Of a stretch of 64,000 nucleotides of DNA, positions 13,571 to 27,464 are shown one piece after another; within the stretch, counting starts at the first letter, position 1; every line of letters begins with the position of its first letter. The position numbers and the translations under genes were made by a program. A model generated the notes under the pieces. That model was not told where the DNA came from. It did not search any database and worked only from the letters and a program-made list of their open reading frames with translations. The stretch lies in the NCBI RefSeq assembly GCF_009914755.1, contig NC_060927.1; one strand, 5' to 3'. The DNA is from the human T2T-CHM13v2.0 reference genome, Homo sapiens.

Positions 13571-15099
13571 ATTTCTGTAAATCAAGTCAAAATCTTAATA
13601 ATTTGGTAGTTCCCAATTACAGAGCAAGGACATCAACATGTGTTTGCACATCAACCTATTCAGTATTCAAAGGGACTGGTCCATTCTGCTTATCTTTGTG
13701 TTCAGAGATAATCATGGATGCTTTTTAAGGCATTAACTCTAATGCTATATTTGCATCCTATCTTACATCTGAGGACAGAAGACATTTCTTCTGACCCTTT
13801 GGGGCCACAGGATAGATTTCCAGAGCCTCCACTTGTGACAGATATTTGTATTGAATAGAAATATAATCTGACTTTTCAGTGCTCTCTGGAAAATTCCTGT
13901 TTTTGGAGCACAAACCATTTACCCAAACAGTGTAAAGAGATTATGGTTCACTCTCTACACTGAATTATGCATGGTTTTCAGCTAGGTAAAGTTCTCTATT
14001 TTCTATTTTAGGAACATTCCTGCACAGAACAGAAAAAAAATCTATACTTTCCAGAAGCAACCATTCTTGATTTATTTTAATTCTACTAGGAAAAAGAAAT
14101 AATAAGTCTGAACCCTATCCATTTTTTCTGCATCTCGTTTTATAATTGGTAATCAGAGATTTCTCTTCATTTTCAGAAGTAGAACTTTCTTTTTATGTTT
14201 CATGACATTAGAATAAAAAAAGAAGAACATTTGGCCCAACTTTTACAACATCCATTGCAGCACACTCATTATGAGATCTTTTTAGAATTAGAATGACTAA
14301 TCCTGCTTAATACATGAGGAGTGTTTGTTATTAAGCACTGTGCCTTCTCAGAACACCATGTCAAAACCATTTTAATTTGAGTTAGTGGTGATTAAAAAAT
14401 GTCAGCTTTAAAAAGACTATTTCAAGAATGCCTCAGAGCCTTGGATTTGGCTACAAAGAAATATGTGATGCATTGAAATCATAGAACGATTAAGGCAAGA
14501 AGAGATTTGAATTCCAGGGTTTTAGTTCAGCATTGATGGTGTAATATACAATGGATATGGTTCTAAAAGGAAAGTTAGATTGCTCAGCTGAATTGAAGGC
14601 ATTCATTTGGAGGAAAATACAAGTGACACATGGAAATAATATTGCTGTACTTTTCTCAAATGTACTTTTTATCTCATCTTCTATCCCAGCAATCTTTGGC
14701 CACATCTGGGTTGCAGGAAGGCTTCAGTAACCCTAGTTTTTGCTGCCAGTATCCCCAGATACTGGCTGTGAGGAGACAGGACAGAGTGCTTGGTGGTATG
14801 AAAAGCAAAATGAGTTAACTCCACAATTTTGATTCAGTCCAGACCTGCAGCTTGTTTTTGTTAGAGTTGCAGAATAGATACACACATACAAATACATACA
14901 CGTATGATTACATACACATACTACATATGTGAGCTCAATTTATCAAAGCTGTGATATCAATTGTCATTTTATGTACCACTAGGAAAGGAAAAACATTGCC
15001 AGCTAAACTATGACACAATGCTTTCTTAATGCTTAGAAATTTTACTTCATACTTGTTAAAAGAGTTTTTAAAATGAATAAATGAATATCATCACTCTTC

Positions 15100-15460
15100 T
15101 GCATACTTAAAAATGATAATATAATATAGACAATATTAAATGGTTGAAATGTTCCCAAATCAGCTCCGTATTCAAAGACTCAATTTCGTAATCATTTGCA
15201 ATTCAGAATTGTCCAAGTTTTTCCACACAATATCATCCTCTGTGTCAGTAAGAGCATTGCTAATGCAGTATTTTCTAAAAAGTGCTCCATTTTTGTGTCC
15301 AGGACTTTCTCCAAGTGCTAAAAGCCTTTCTGCAAATTTTGATGTGTACACATTATCAATTACAACTACGTCATGACTATAGCCAGGCCAGAGATTGTGA
15401 AATGCCATTGATTATAAAATACAACATGATTTCAATGATAAAATATGAAAAAATATACAT
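15100..15460 (-). mobile_element. Tc2/pogo-type DNA transposon fossil (Kanga/MER104-like)
   Basis: Minus-strand peptide FRKYCISNALTDTEDDIVW resembles the pogo/Tc2 transposase C-terminus (recalled FKKCCIxNALDGTEDD). 15404-15460 resembles the Kanga/MER104 subterminal sequence. Confidence 0.7.
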
Positions 15461-15734
15461 TATGTATGTATGTATATATATCTGTGTTTATACATATATG
15501 TGTGTACACATACACACACTCATATTTATGTATATATATGTGTATATATATAACTAAAATAGACATCTTAAAACAAAAGCAAATTTTGTCTTGTAGGATA
15601 TCATTGCAGAGGGCAGGATATGCCTTTCTACCTTTCCTGAGCACAGGAATTCCATCTGTGAATTCACCTCTGCTCTTGGCATTTCCTCAACCTCCAGCCT
15701 AGCTCTGGCCATAAAGCTATACCTTAATTGCACC

Positions 15735-15955
<221 letters not shown>

Positions 15956-16039
15956 AAATACTACCATATAGTACTGAGCTAGTTACATGAACAAAAAAAA
16001 AGTCATGGGACAACGTGAAAGGAGAATGACATTTGGAAA

Positions 16040-16230
16040 GAGAAGATTTGAGCCCCTTACCTAGCTGTAATATTTGCCAGCTGTGTGAACTTTGGCAAAT
16101 TGTAAACCTTCCCTGAGGCTCATTTACTCATGGGATGATGACCATGTGATAATACCACCTTAACAGGTTTGTTGAGAGGACAGATGAGTTAACATTTATA
16201 CAGGTGTAAAGTGATACACAGATGGATAGC
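16040..16230 (+). mobile_element. MIR relic
   Basis: ttgccagctgtgtgaactttggcaaattgtaaaccttccctgaggctca...gtttgttgagagga. Confidence 0.7.
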
Positions 16231-16837
16231 ACTCTTACTACCAGGATGCTAACACACTTCCCACAAGCCAAGGGGTGAGGACTTTGCTGAAGCTAGGTGA
16301 TCCTTGACCTTACTCTTGCCAAAGCAGCAGAATAGAGAGTTAAGGAGGAAGAGAGACCAGAACAAGCTAACTTTGAGAGACTGAAGCAATGAAGACTGAT
16401 CATTGGGTAAAAGGTGTTCTGCAGCTGGGGTAAAAGAAGCAGCCAGATTTTTACGTGGCACTACTAGGGTCCCTGCCTTTATATCCCCTCTCCATGAGAG
16501 AACCTTTTTCTTCCTGGATGGGATGCTGGCCACCAACTAAGAGGCTGAGGTGGGGAGTGGCATGTATCGACCATCATGAGGTTGTAATGTACCAGGATCT
16601 CAGGAGATGAGGGACTGTAACTGTTGACAAGGTGACAGACATGGAAAATGATAATGCATGAAGTCAGCTTAGAAATCGTGACTTGTAGTTATGGTTCTAT
16701 GCTTTCTGTTCTTAATATTTTTAGAAAAATAGTAAAATTTCAAAGAAAACAAGAAAAGAATACTAAGAGTGCCATCTCATGGTATGACTTATACCCATTT
16801 TGTCAAATTGTGCCTACCCATCCCTGCTGCCCATGGT

Positions 16838-16990
16838 CAGGATAGTAAATAGGTTTCATATCTCCTGACATGTCTAATCAATTAGCAGTGACTGCTAGGA
16901 ATGTTCTCTTGTCCAATATTCTAAGGGTAAGTCCATGTTCAGTGAGAAAGTGTTGTGTGAGGGCTTAAATCTTAGTATCCATGTTGGATG
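16838..16990. mobile_element. hAT-Charlie MITE relic (MER117-like); related relic at about 42655-42800
   Basis: caggatagtaaataggtttcat...aatcaattagcagtgactgc; the second copy has tgtgccaactctgg...ttagcaatgtctgccatg. Confidence 0.5.
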
Positions 16991-17209
16991 AGGGAGAGGA
17001 GAGTGGACTTAATGTTTCGTGAGTCCACCGACCTTGATCTGTGGTCCAGGCCCCTTTTGAAGATCGTGGAGAATAAACATGTAAGAAATGACCTAGAAGG
17101 AGCTGATTCTGCACTTAGCTCCAATCTTGACTCATGTCCTGTAACTGTTCCTAGACCTCTTGCCCCTGATTCTAGTTTCCCAGACTCTTCTGCACAAGTG
17201 ACTTGACTA

Positions 17210-17400
17210 TGTATTCATTTATTCATTCATTTAACACATTTTGCTTAGGCACTTGTATACCAAGGATTGTGCTGGAGGCTGGGGATATACTAGAGGACAA
17301 AACAAATGGAGTCCTTGGAGTGTTCCTGTGAGGAAGGAAAATTGGCCTTTGACAGGCACACAATTTAATCCAGTTGCTTATGTGCTACAGAGGTCATATG
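17210..17400 (-). mobile_element. L2 3' end relic
   Basis: attcatttattcattcatttaacac...tgtgctggaggctggggatatac. Confidence 0.7.
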
Positions 17401-17403
17401 CGA

Positions 17404-17480
17404 GATATATATATATATATACACATATATATATATACACACACATATATATATACATATATATATACACATATATATAC

Positions 17481-17539
<59 letters not shown>

Positions 17540-17540
17540 A
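17404..17540. repeat. (TA)n/(CA)n compound microsatellite at the Alu tail
   Basis: Direct reading; abuts the minus-strand Alu. Confidence 0.97.
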
Positions 17541-17829
<289 letters not shown>

Positions 17830-19304
17830 ACAGTATTTTATAAATACATAAAAATAGAAGAAACCTGGCCATTTCAGGAATTAATGAGTTTACTTGAGAA
17901 AGACTAACAGAAACCATGTCACCATTGTTAAATACATCCCCAATACTTCCCATGAAAACCTGTCTTTGAGACATTAGCAGAAATGTGAAGAAAGCACATT
18001 TGAAATATAATATTGGAAAAGGTGGCCCTAAGTCTTCCATGGACCAGCTTCTGAGGGTATTTTTTTACTTAAAGAGCCATATTGGAGCCCTGGTGTGCCT
18101 CATCTTGAGCCCCTGTTCTCTGAGTTCAGCCTCCCAGAGCCCAAGGAAGTTAACATTTTCCAAAATAAGACAGAGTCATGGCCTGTACCCCTACTTTTTC
18201 CACTTGGTTGGGAACTACAGGGTTTTATGGACCTCAAGAGTTTTGACACTCAGCCATCACCTTCTCCTGCGGGCACTTACCCAAAGCGAGAGCTCATGGG
18301 ATTCTGCGCTTTATGAGAGGACATGATTCCCATTCCCCAGGATGCCTGTGTCTGGCATTCACAGAGGCAATGGGGCCTGACGGAGTCCTTGCTGCCCAAT
18401 GGCCTCTGGAGGAAAAGTGCTCACTTCTCAAGAGGTTGCATCCCCTAGGAACACTGCACCGTTATGGCCTTGCCCTGGAGGAAGGGCCTGAGCTGTCCCA
18501 CGCTGCCCTCATTTGGGACTCACATACAGGAGCCACACATGCGCTCATGGCTACTGCACTTCCTATGTGTTCACTTTCATCAACACCTGCTGCTGTTCCT
18601 TGTTCCTGACTCATTGTTAAGCTTGAAATCTTGCCAAGCTACTGCAGCCCATAGCACATTTCTTCTTTCCTAAACCTTGGAAGCATATGATTACTAATTA
18701 TGTAAGTCAAGTCCCACTTTCCAAACCATACCCTGGGAATAAAGGCCTTCTCAAATTTCACAGCTCACCCTCTCCCGTCATGGCAGAGTGGAGCACAAGG
18801 TCAGTGACATGGGAGGGGCACACAGTAAAGCCTGCTGTTAATGGAAAGGGACAGAAATAGACTTTGGTCTTCCCTTCCCAAGTTAGGACGTGATTACTCA
18901 CTCTCCAAGGGCTAATTTGAGACTCAATATTTTTATCCAGACTTCAGAAAAGAAACCATTGATGGGTAAATGATAAGTCAGTAATGGGCCTCCCCATAAG
19001 TAGATCTTTATAAAGGGGTCTTGGTGTCCTGAGACATCTGGGTTATATTGCTGTCTTTTGCCTGTGGTTTAGTAAATGAATGCAAGTTTGGGGGAACATG
19101 GGAAAGAAGAGGGAGGGCCCATGCTTGTGCACCTATGTGTGCACAACTGCAAAGAGTGCATGTCATATGGGTGTCCCTGTGGCTGTCCATACATAGTGAA
19201 AGTGCCACACTTGGGCTTGATGGCTGAGGCACACAGTTAAAGATCTCCACTGTACTAGGCTGAAAACTTGGACACTCTAGACTGAGAGAGCAAGGAGAGC
19301 TTAC

Positions 19305-19455
19305 AGTCTTGCTTCTCAAAGTGAAGTCCATGGGCTAGCAGTGTCAGCATCACTTGGAAGATGGCCAGAAATGCAGATCAGGTCCCCAGATCTACTGCAT
19401 CAGATGTGTAATCTCCAAGTGATTTATAAACACATGAATATCTGAGAAGCACATG
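19305..19455. mobile_element. MER5 (hAT-Charlie) relic
   Basis: cttctcaaagtg...cagcatcacttggaagatggccagaaatgcagat...ctgagaagcac. Confidence 0.75.
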
Positions 19456-20099
19456 CTTAGAGTTTATCTCCCTGAATGGCGCAAGTGAGAAAACAGGCCA
19501 AGAGAGATGCTCCACAGTCAGTGCATGTCAGACTACAGCCAGGCCTGGTAAAACACAGAGTATAACTGCCCCCTCTTTGTGCAACCAAGACCTATAGCCA
19601 CACATCTTCTGCCCATTCCATGGTCCCTCTCCTGTCAGGAGTTGTGTCTGTTTGACAGAAGTGCCTGAGGTAAAGTAGAGAGGAAGGCTGGCAGTGCTGA
19701 GTGCTAAGGGAAGAAGCGCTTGCATCTGAATTCAGTTGTGGCTAACAGGAGCAGAGTTGTCAAGCCAGGGTTATGTAGCAACATGCCAGAGGTCTCCTTG
19801 TACTGCCTGCACCTGGATGTGGCCCTCCGGGACTACACCACTTGACTGATGTGGCAAGGAATGGAATGGGTGCAGAGAGGGGTTACCTGATTGCATGAGG
19901 GTGGGTTTTGTGATGTGGTAGTCAGCTAGAAGGGAATTATTGTAGTGTGAAGCCAAACTGACATCACTGCCTTTCAGGGCATTATGTAGTATGGGACCCA
20001 CCCTACAACCGTCAGGAAATGCTGTGCCCCTTTCTCTCCTCCACTCTACATCCAACTAGGTGGCTACGATGTTTGTGGGAAGGGTCCCTGTCTTAGTGT

Positions 20100-21200
20100 G
20101 TGTACGTACACACACCACGCTCATGCACTTAGAGCACCAGGCTCAGCCTTTATACTTGATTCAGTGTCTGGTTCATCTTTGTAACCCTGGCCCTTAAGTT
20201 CATGCCTGGCACATACATAATAGCTGCTTAATAACAGTTTATTGATGTAAACTTAACTGCAGTAAGAAAATGGCCTCTCTCCAAGACCAAGGCCTCACTT
20301 AACCAAAGGAGAGGTCATCCTATTGAACACCTTCCCAAACAGATTCCCTTTTTATTTGTGTTAATACCCTATTTGTGTTATACTGCATTTGTGTTAATAT
20401 CTTATTAAGTTTGTAGTTCCAGTTTGATGTTTATTGCAGTTTATTCTCTGTAACACTCCAGCAAAATGTTAATTTTACCTTATATATATTTTTAAAGTTC
20501 TATAGCTTATTAAAGTTTGAAATGTCAAGGTTTGAAAACGCCATGGCATATCATGCCGTGGACTATTCAGACCTTAGCTGTGCTAACATGCAGGTGCCCC
20601 TGTGGGAAGTGGAGGTGTGCACAGTACTCCAAACTTGCCTCCCTCATACCACAGAGCCTCTTCTTCAGAGAGTCTTGATTTCTCAGAAGGTACTTCGGGA
20701 GACCCTGATCTAGTTATTCTGGTATGTGTGGCATCTGTCTTCTAACTTGATAACCACGTGTTCCAGGGCTGGCAATGTGTTTTACACTCGGCTGTTATTC
20801 CTCAGGGCTTAGTAGGTATTGAAGGAATGCCTACTGAATGAATAACTAAATCTAAGTAGGTCTGTGAAAAAGACAAATAGATATAAGTTCCAGGGTGGAA
20901 TAAATTTTATTTAATTCTAATTTAACTCAATGACTATGTTCAGGTGACTGCTTCTGTGCCAGGCTGTGTGCTGAGCATGGTGAATACAGAAATGAAGAAG
21001 ACCAAGCACCATACCCAAGAAATACAAGGACTTGAAAGAGAGACAGATAAAGGCACTTCCCAACTGTGGACAAATGGAACAGATAATGAATTTACAAGGC
21101 TTGGAAGGTGCAAAGAAAAAGGAGTGTGCAATCCTTAACCTAGATGATGACTAAAACAAATTGTGGAAGGATAACTGAATTCACTGTGGTGACAAGAATG
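20100..21200. mobile_element. Cluster of L2 3' end relics in both orientations (about 20130-20250, 20650-20850, 20900-21200)
   Basis: catgcctggcacatacataatagctgcttaataacagtttattga; tactgaatgaat; ctgtgccaggctgtgtgctgagcatggtgaatacagaaatgaa. Confidence 0.6.
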
Positions 21201-22059
21201 GGGCAGGGTGCAGTATGGTCAACAGCTTAGAGGTATAAACACATTGCCATGCCCCAGAGACCATTAGCTCCGCCCTCCCACAAAAAAAAATGTGACAACT
21301 GACAAATGTTGGAGTTGAGAATGTCCTAGATCACAATAAGTAGATCTTTCCCTTCTCTAAAGTCAGTATATTTCTGTTGGGACAGTGCCCTGCTCTGATT
21401 CAGAAAGGTACCAGTCTTCCTGACTTCAGGGACTTGCAGTGGCTTTGGACAGTGGCTTTGCACTTTGTGAGCTCGCACTTACTGAGGAAGAATGCCTTAG
21501 AGTGTGGCCCATGCTCTAGCCTGCATGGCTGGTGGCACTGAGTTAGGACATGTGTATCATTGATATTCATATTTCCTAAAAGTCTTATTATTATGCTGTA
21601 CAGATATGTGTGGATTTTTTAAAGCTTGCACTCAATAAACTGTGAATCTGCGACTGTAAATAAGACAACTTGTAAAAATGCGTTTACGTTGATCCTTCCA
21701 ACTTGAAATTTATTTTGCTTTTACTTTAGCTTATTTATGAACCAAGAATGACACTGATAGAGAATGTTTCCACACTAATAACACTAAAATAGATTTAGAT
21801 GCCTATCAGATGAAAGTTGAGTATCATTTTTAATTATGATTAAGGTGACGTTTTATTATTTTCCCCAGGAGAGTCATGAATTTTGATCTGCATGAAATGT
21901 TAATTGAATGCATCTCCTGCCCCTTCAATCAGAGAGCGTTCCTGGTAAATAACTGTGGTTCTTAGTGGCCAGTTGCTACTGGGGGATCTTTTACTACCAT
22001 GGGTCCAAAGAAACAGTCTGGAGGCCTTTCTGCTTCCCTTCCTGTTTGAGCCAGGTGAA

Positions 22060-22580
22060 GGAATCAGACATATGTGAATCAGAAACCTTGCAGTACCACT
22101 TAGAAGCTGTACACACTTGATCAGTTATTTCATGTTCCTAGGCCTGTGTTTTCTGGCCTGCACAATGGGCATGATACTGATTTCAGAGAATGAGGATTTC
22201 ATGAAACAATGTAACATACATAGCAAAATGCCCAGCACATCGTAAGTGCATTTAACACTGGTGATATTGTTATTTTCTTAAAGTTTCAACAGAAATGGAA
22301 AATGTCAAACTAATCAGTCTAAGGGCTGGGAAGAGAGCAACAGGGGCATATGTGGGCAGGTAGGAAGGCAGGGGGTGTGTCTGAAGGAATTCCAGAAGTG
22401 TTGGGCTTTTTAGCAGCTCCCTGTGGAGCTGCTTACATGTCAGGGCTTCCTTATTTGCTCCTGAGAGGCAGCAGTGCAGTAGGAAGGATATGGGCTATGA
22501 ATTCAGATGGACTTGGGACCGAATCCTAGGGTTATTAAAATGGAAATAATAATGCTCTTATTAGTCATTGTGAGGATTCT
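22060..22580 (+). mobile_element. MIR relics (about 22060-22270 and 22470-22580)
   Basis: gaggcagcagtgcagtaggaaggatatgggctatgaattcaga; aaatggaaataataatgc...ttgtgaggatt. Confidence 0.65.
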
Positions 22581-22899
22581 GAATCAGGATTCCTGGTGCT
22601 CAATACCTGGGGGCCATAGTTATGGACTGATTCCAGAAAACAGAATGTAGAACACATCCACCCTGATGGGTTTATGAAGTCTCCTCTTCTAATTAAGGAT
22701 GAACACCATTGAGAGATGGGCTTTGGTTTTCAGAAAAGTGAGCTGCAGATCATGAAAGGGCCTTGACATAGACGTTGGGGTCTTGACTTGGTTATCAGTT
22801 CTATCTGTACCATAGGGCTCTAGTTTCTAACTCTGTGTCTCTTTGTGGTTATACTGAGAGCCCAACTAACTACTAGCAGCAATTATGGCCTAATTCTTG

Positions 22900-23010
22900 G
22901 TAAAATAACAAGCTCATCCAGGTTTTCTTGGGATTTTCTTAGTGTTCTGAAAATCCTGCATCATGGGAAATGCTTTAGTTCCAGGAAAACAGGAGAGTTG
23001 GTCCTCTCTT
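22900..23010. mobile_element. MER81-like hAT-Blackjack MITE
   Basis: catccaggttttcttgggattttcttagtgttctgaaaatcctgcatcatgggaaatgctttagttccaggaaaacaggagagttggtc. Confidence 0.6.
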
Positions 23011-24409
23011 GCCCCACTGTGGGCCAGGGGACCTTTGGGAAGCTCTGGCATCCTTATAGTGCCCAGAAGTACATTTACATGAAGCCACTTTTATTTGATG
23101 CCTAAAATTATCAATGTCAAACTGGCATACCAGGTAGATTTCTTTCATTTAAAAACCAAGCGTGAGAGCAGGGAACATCTGGATCTCTAAAGTAAAACAA
23201 AATGAGATGATTTATTTACTTTGCTGCAGTTCTGTCCCCTGATGGCCTTGGGTGTGTTTGTTTATACTTCTGAAGGGGGTCACATTTGAGTGAGAAAGGC
23301 GGCCATCTAACAGAGTGTGAGGGCAGTGTGGGGGGCTCATCAACAGTAAAGACACCTCCATCCCTCACAGTCCCTCCTAGAGAAAGCTTTTGTCTCCTTA
23401 TGTGGCAAGAGATGGAACATCTCTAGCAGTCTGGAGGGCTCCCTCATTCCTCACCCCAGTTAATAAATACCTTCACAGGTAAAGACTTTCCCTGCCTTCC
23501 AGAGCTTTTCAAATATTTGGATTCCCAGGCCACACCCATAGACTCTGATTTAATTGGTTTGTGGTTGGGCCAGTCACAAGGATTTTTTAAAAGCTCCCAG
23601 GGTTGAGGTCACCTCTCTAATCCAGCAGGATGTATGAGTACTAGGTGGTTCCAAATGCCAGTACATTTCAGACCTGCTGCCTCCCAGGCATCCAAGGGCA
23701 GGAATTAATGGGTATGTGTGATGGGATCTTCAAAGACCTGTCTGTGGGTATCTGATGGAGGAGCAGGGCAATGTGAAATATTTTGCTGTGTCCATTTCCT
23801 GCGCAGAGCAAAGCATTAGCTTTGAATGCCCACAGAATAATAGGATATAGGAAAAGCCAAAGGGGCTATTTTGAAGTGTAGACACAAACCATACTGCTTA
23901 GGGACCCCATGAGGAAGTGCCACCACCAGGAACAAGGAGCTTTCTCCTGATTCCTGTAGGTAGTAAATGCCTGGGTCTGCAGAGAGGCAGCAGCTTCAAG
24001 TCCAAAGGAGAAAGTGGCAGCAGTTTTGGGCAGCACTAGAGGAGGCTAAGGCTTCTTCTCCATTGGCCTGTGGGCAGAAGGCTCTAGCAGGGATGTGGGG
24101 GCCAGAATGCATTCAATGGACTTGCTTGTGTGAGATTCACTCTGGGAGCTTCCAGCAATGTGCACCTAGGAAGACAATCGTTGGCAGTTGGAAGAGGGGC
24201 AGCTGACATCCTGCAGATACGAAGATGGGGCTGAAGGACTCGTTAGTTAATAACAGATCCACAGGCGTGGAGGCCTGGTAACAACAACTCTACCAGTTCA
24301 CTCTAGTGCAGGATCACTGCATGAATGAAGGGTCCTTATAGAATTCCTCCAGTTGAGTGCTTTCATAATATGTTTGAAGATTATTTCATTATAAAATTTT
24401 CATCTATAC

Positions 24410-25300
24410 ATGAGAGACAGAAGGAACTACAGTCTACAGATTTTCAAGTCAGGTTTCAAACTCAATTCTCCCACTAAGTAACTATATGACCTTGGATAAA
24501 TCACTTTCTCTCATTGGGCTTCCATTTATCTGATTTTAAAAGGAGAGAAGTGGATTAAATGATTTCTGGGGGATCTCTTAGCACTGACACATTGGAAATT
24601 CATGGGAGTTCAGTTATCTATTTAAAGAGAGATGCAGCATGGAGGGAGGACCCTGTAGGGTCTCTGTTTTTTTGCTCCCAGTCACAGTTCCTATTCCTTC
24701 CCTGCTGCTTCTGAGCACAACCCTATGACTACTGGAGCCATGGAGAGTCTGAGACACCAGCCAGCTTGGTACAAGTCAGGCCCTACCAGTGTAAGCCTTA
24801 CTCTAACAAACAGGGCCCAGAGAGAGGCCGTCCTGTCCCTAAAGTTATTTCTCTGTTCAGTAACTCCAGTTGAAAATCTCAGCCTAGATGAAGATGAATG
24901 GACTGCTGCAGATGTTCTGGCTGGAGTGATTGCCTTGCAAATCACATCACCATGCCCAGCTGAGAGTATGAGCAGTCTGACAACATTGTGGTTTGGACCA
25001 GCACTCTGCAGAGGGCTAATCTGGCACCATGTTGCTTTGGGGGCTGGAGCTCTCAGGAGGAAATGACAAGGCAAGGTTGGGGCAGGTCATGGTTATAGAT
25101 TCTGGTCTAACTAGCAGATGTGACCTAAGCTAGGGGCATAGCAGCGAATGGCTTCCATATTGGGCACTTACACAATTCCAGGTACGAGATAGGTGGTTTG
25201 CACATTTTATCCTTTTTACCAACTCTATGGCATTATTATCTCCATTTTACAGATGAGAAAATGGAGGATTGGGGGACTGATAAGGAAAGAGTTAGTTTGT
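24410..25300. mobile_element. MIR relics (about 24410-24590 plus; 25170-25300 minus)
   Basis: tatgaccttggataaatcactttctctc; attattatctccattttacagatgagaaaatggagg. Confidence 0.7.
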
Positions 25301-27200
25301 ACTTTAGACTGTTTAATATATGCAAGGCTATTTTCTTTCCTCTATTATGTGATGAATTTTAGCTATCGGCATTTCACCTACCATTCTTGGAAACTACTGA
25401 AACTCATGGGTCCCAACCAAGAGAACTTGACAGTGCAGGAGGTTAGAGATGTCAAGAAAGGGTTTAGAAAGGCCTGAGTTTAGAATGCTCACCAAAAACC
25501 CCTCACTCCGCAGGGCAACAGCTGGAAGGCAGCATCAACATTCATGCAGCTCTACATCCTGGCTTATGGCTTACAGCTGGCAGGGAAAGCTCAGAAAGAC
25601 AAGTATTATGACCTCGGATGCCAGGCAAGTCATTTCAATTTAAGAAATTGCAAATATTCCTTTTCAAGAGATACTTGCCTAATTTTTTATTAGGCAAAAA
25701 ACTTGAAGAATAACTTGTTTTTTGGAGGGATAAAGCCAAACAAGACTACAACACAATGTACTAGGAAGATAGACATTATTCAGCAACCAAACTTTTTGCG
25801 CAGCAAATGTGTCCTGAGGGATTATGGGTGAGTTATGATTCACTCAGCACAAGTTCACTGGTACCCACTCTGTGCCGAGCAACGTACTTGGATCTGGGAA
25901 TAGAGTAAGCCGGATATGGTCCTGTCTTTGGGAATCCATACATCAAGGCCTTCCAAAGAATGTGCTGTACCTTCATGGTGAAATGGGGGCAGATGGCTTG
26001 AGAATAAACTGGGAGAAAATTTCCATGGCCGGTGGCTACAGCTGAGAGTCACTATTTGGCTCTGCCTCTTTTCAGGGTTGGGACTAATGTTTCATGAAGT
26101 TTTCATAGGGAAAAATGTGAACAATCTATTTCAATTACTTGTTAGAAGTCAAATTTACATAATCATTTGATGTAATGCTCTTCCTTTGGGGCTTCCCTGG
26201 AGTGGTGTCAGAGCTGCTGTCCCTGCAAGTGCCTCAGCCCCTGGAGGAGCAGACAGACATTTCTCCACACTGGGAGAGTCAAGCTGCATTCAGCTGCAAT
26301 TGGATGAGCCTTCGCCAGGGATAATTAGGCCAAATGGGTGTGAAAATCTACCCAAGGGGAGAGGAGCATTCTCTTTAATCACTTTTTTCCCCCAAACTCG
26401 AGAGTAAAACAGTGAAATTAAATCCATTTTAATAATACAGTCTTCATTAATGTGAAATGTAGTTTTAGGCAGACCTTAATTCAAAGGTTGCTTTTTTTTG
26501 GTGGAAAAGATATTGCTTTTTGTGTGACCTTTAGTAAATCCAGAAGTGACAACATGGAATTTTAAAGCATTTCTTAAGCAGCAGAATTCTGAGAAGAGTC
26601 TTTTCCTCACTGACTGGTTTCCATGTGGCGGATATGTCCATGCCATGACATTTATGCCAAGCATATGTTGGCCGCCCACATGTGGGACATGGGAGTGAGT
26701 AGTTGCCTCTGTGAATGTTTTGAAGGCCAGAATCACATCTTCTCTGGCTGGCTTTCTCTGCGTCTATCCTTGTAGACATCTCTATTTCTTTGTGGAGAGA
26801 AGGGAGGAATGAATGAGTGATGTTGCCAGATAGTGACTTCATTGTTCTCGGTACTGAAATTTGGCATCTCTTCTGTGGCAAGGCAATCACTGAGTTTTCC
26901 ATTTGTAAAAATGTGTTCAAAATAATAATCATAAGTGTCTCCTTCTATTACAAAAGTGCTATGGGCTGTATGATTTATTCAGTATCTGTTGCTATACATT
27001 GGTAATTTGCCTAGGTATTAAACGCATATTTTGTGACTAAGAGTCTGAAGTGCTAATTTCCTTTTCTTGAATCTTTGGCAGAAAGAGCTAAAAATGTTTC
27101 AGAAACTTTGAAGATATTATCTTTAGCCTGGCATTTGATACCTGATTGTTTGATGGAGTGGCAGGAGGAAAAGAAAGTCAATAACGGCAACTCTTAGCTT

Positions 27201-27430
27201 CCTTTCCTTTCCTTTCCTTTCCTTTCCTTTCCTTTCCTTTCCTTTCCTTTCCTTTCCTTTCCTTTCCTTTCCTTTCCTTTCCTTTCCTTTCCTTTCCTTT
27301 CCTTTCCTTTCCTTTCCTTTCCTTTCCTTTCCTTTCCTTTCCTTTCCTTTCCTTTCCTTTCCTTTCCTTTCCTTTCCTTTCCTTTCCTTTCCTTTCCTTT
27401 CCTTTCCTTTCCTTTCCTTTCCTTTCCTTT
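27201..27430. repeat. Perfect pentanucleotide repeat (CCTTT)46 = (AAAGG)46
   Basis: 46 uninterrupted units counted directly (230 bp). Confidence 0.99.
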
Positions 27431-27464
27431 CCTCTTTTTGCTTCCCCTCCTTCCCTTTTTCCTT

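Noticed and set aside
21869-21944. Possible plus-strand exon (ttttccccag acceptor, gtaaat donor) and an AATAAA at 21634-21639
   Set aside because: Weak donor, no recognisable peptide and no partner exons; such signals arise often by chance, so transcript evidence is needed
24691-25074. Overlapping 113-aa and 127-aa ORFs on opposite strands in unique DNA
   Set aside because: No recognisable domain or splice structure; lengths are within chance expectation for 64 kb
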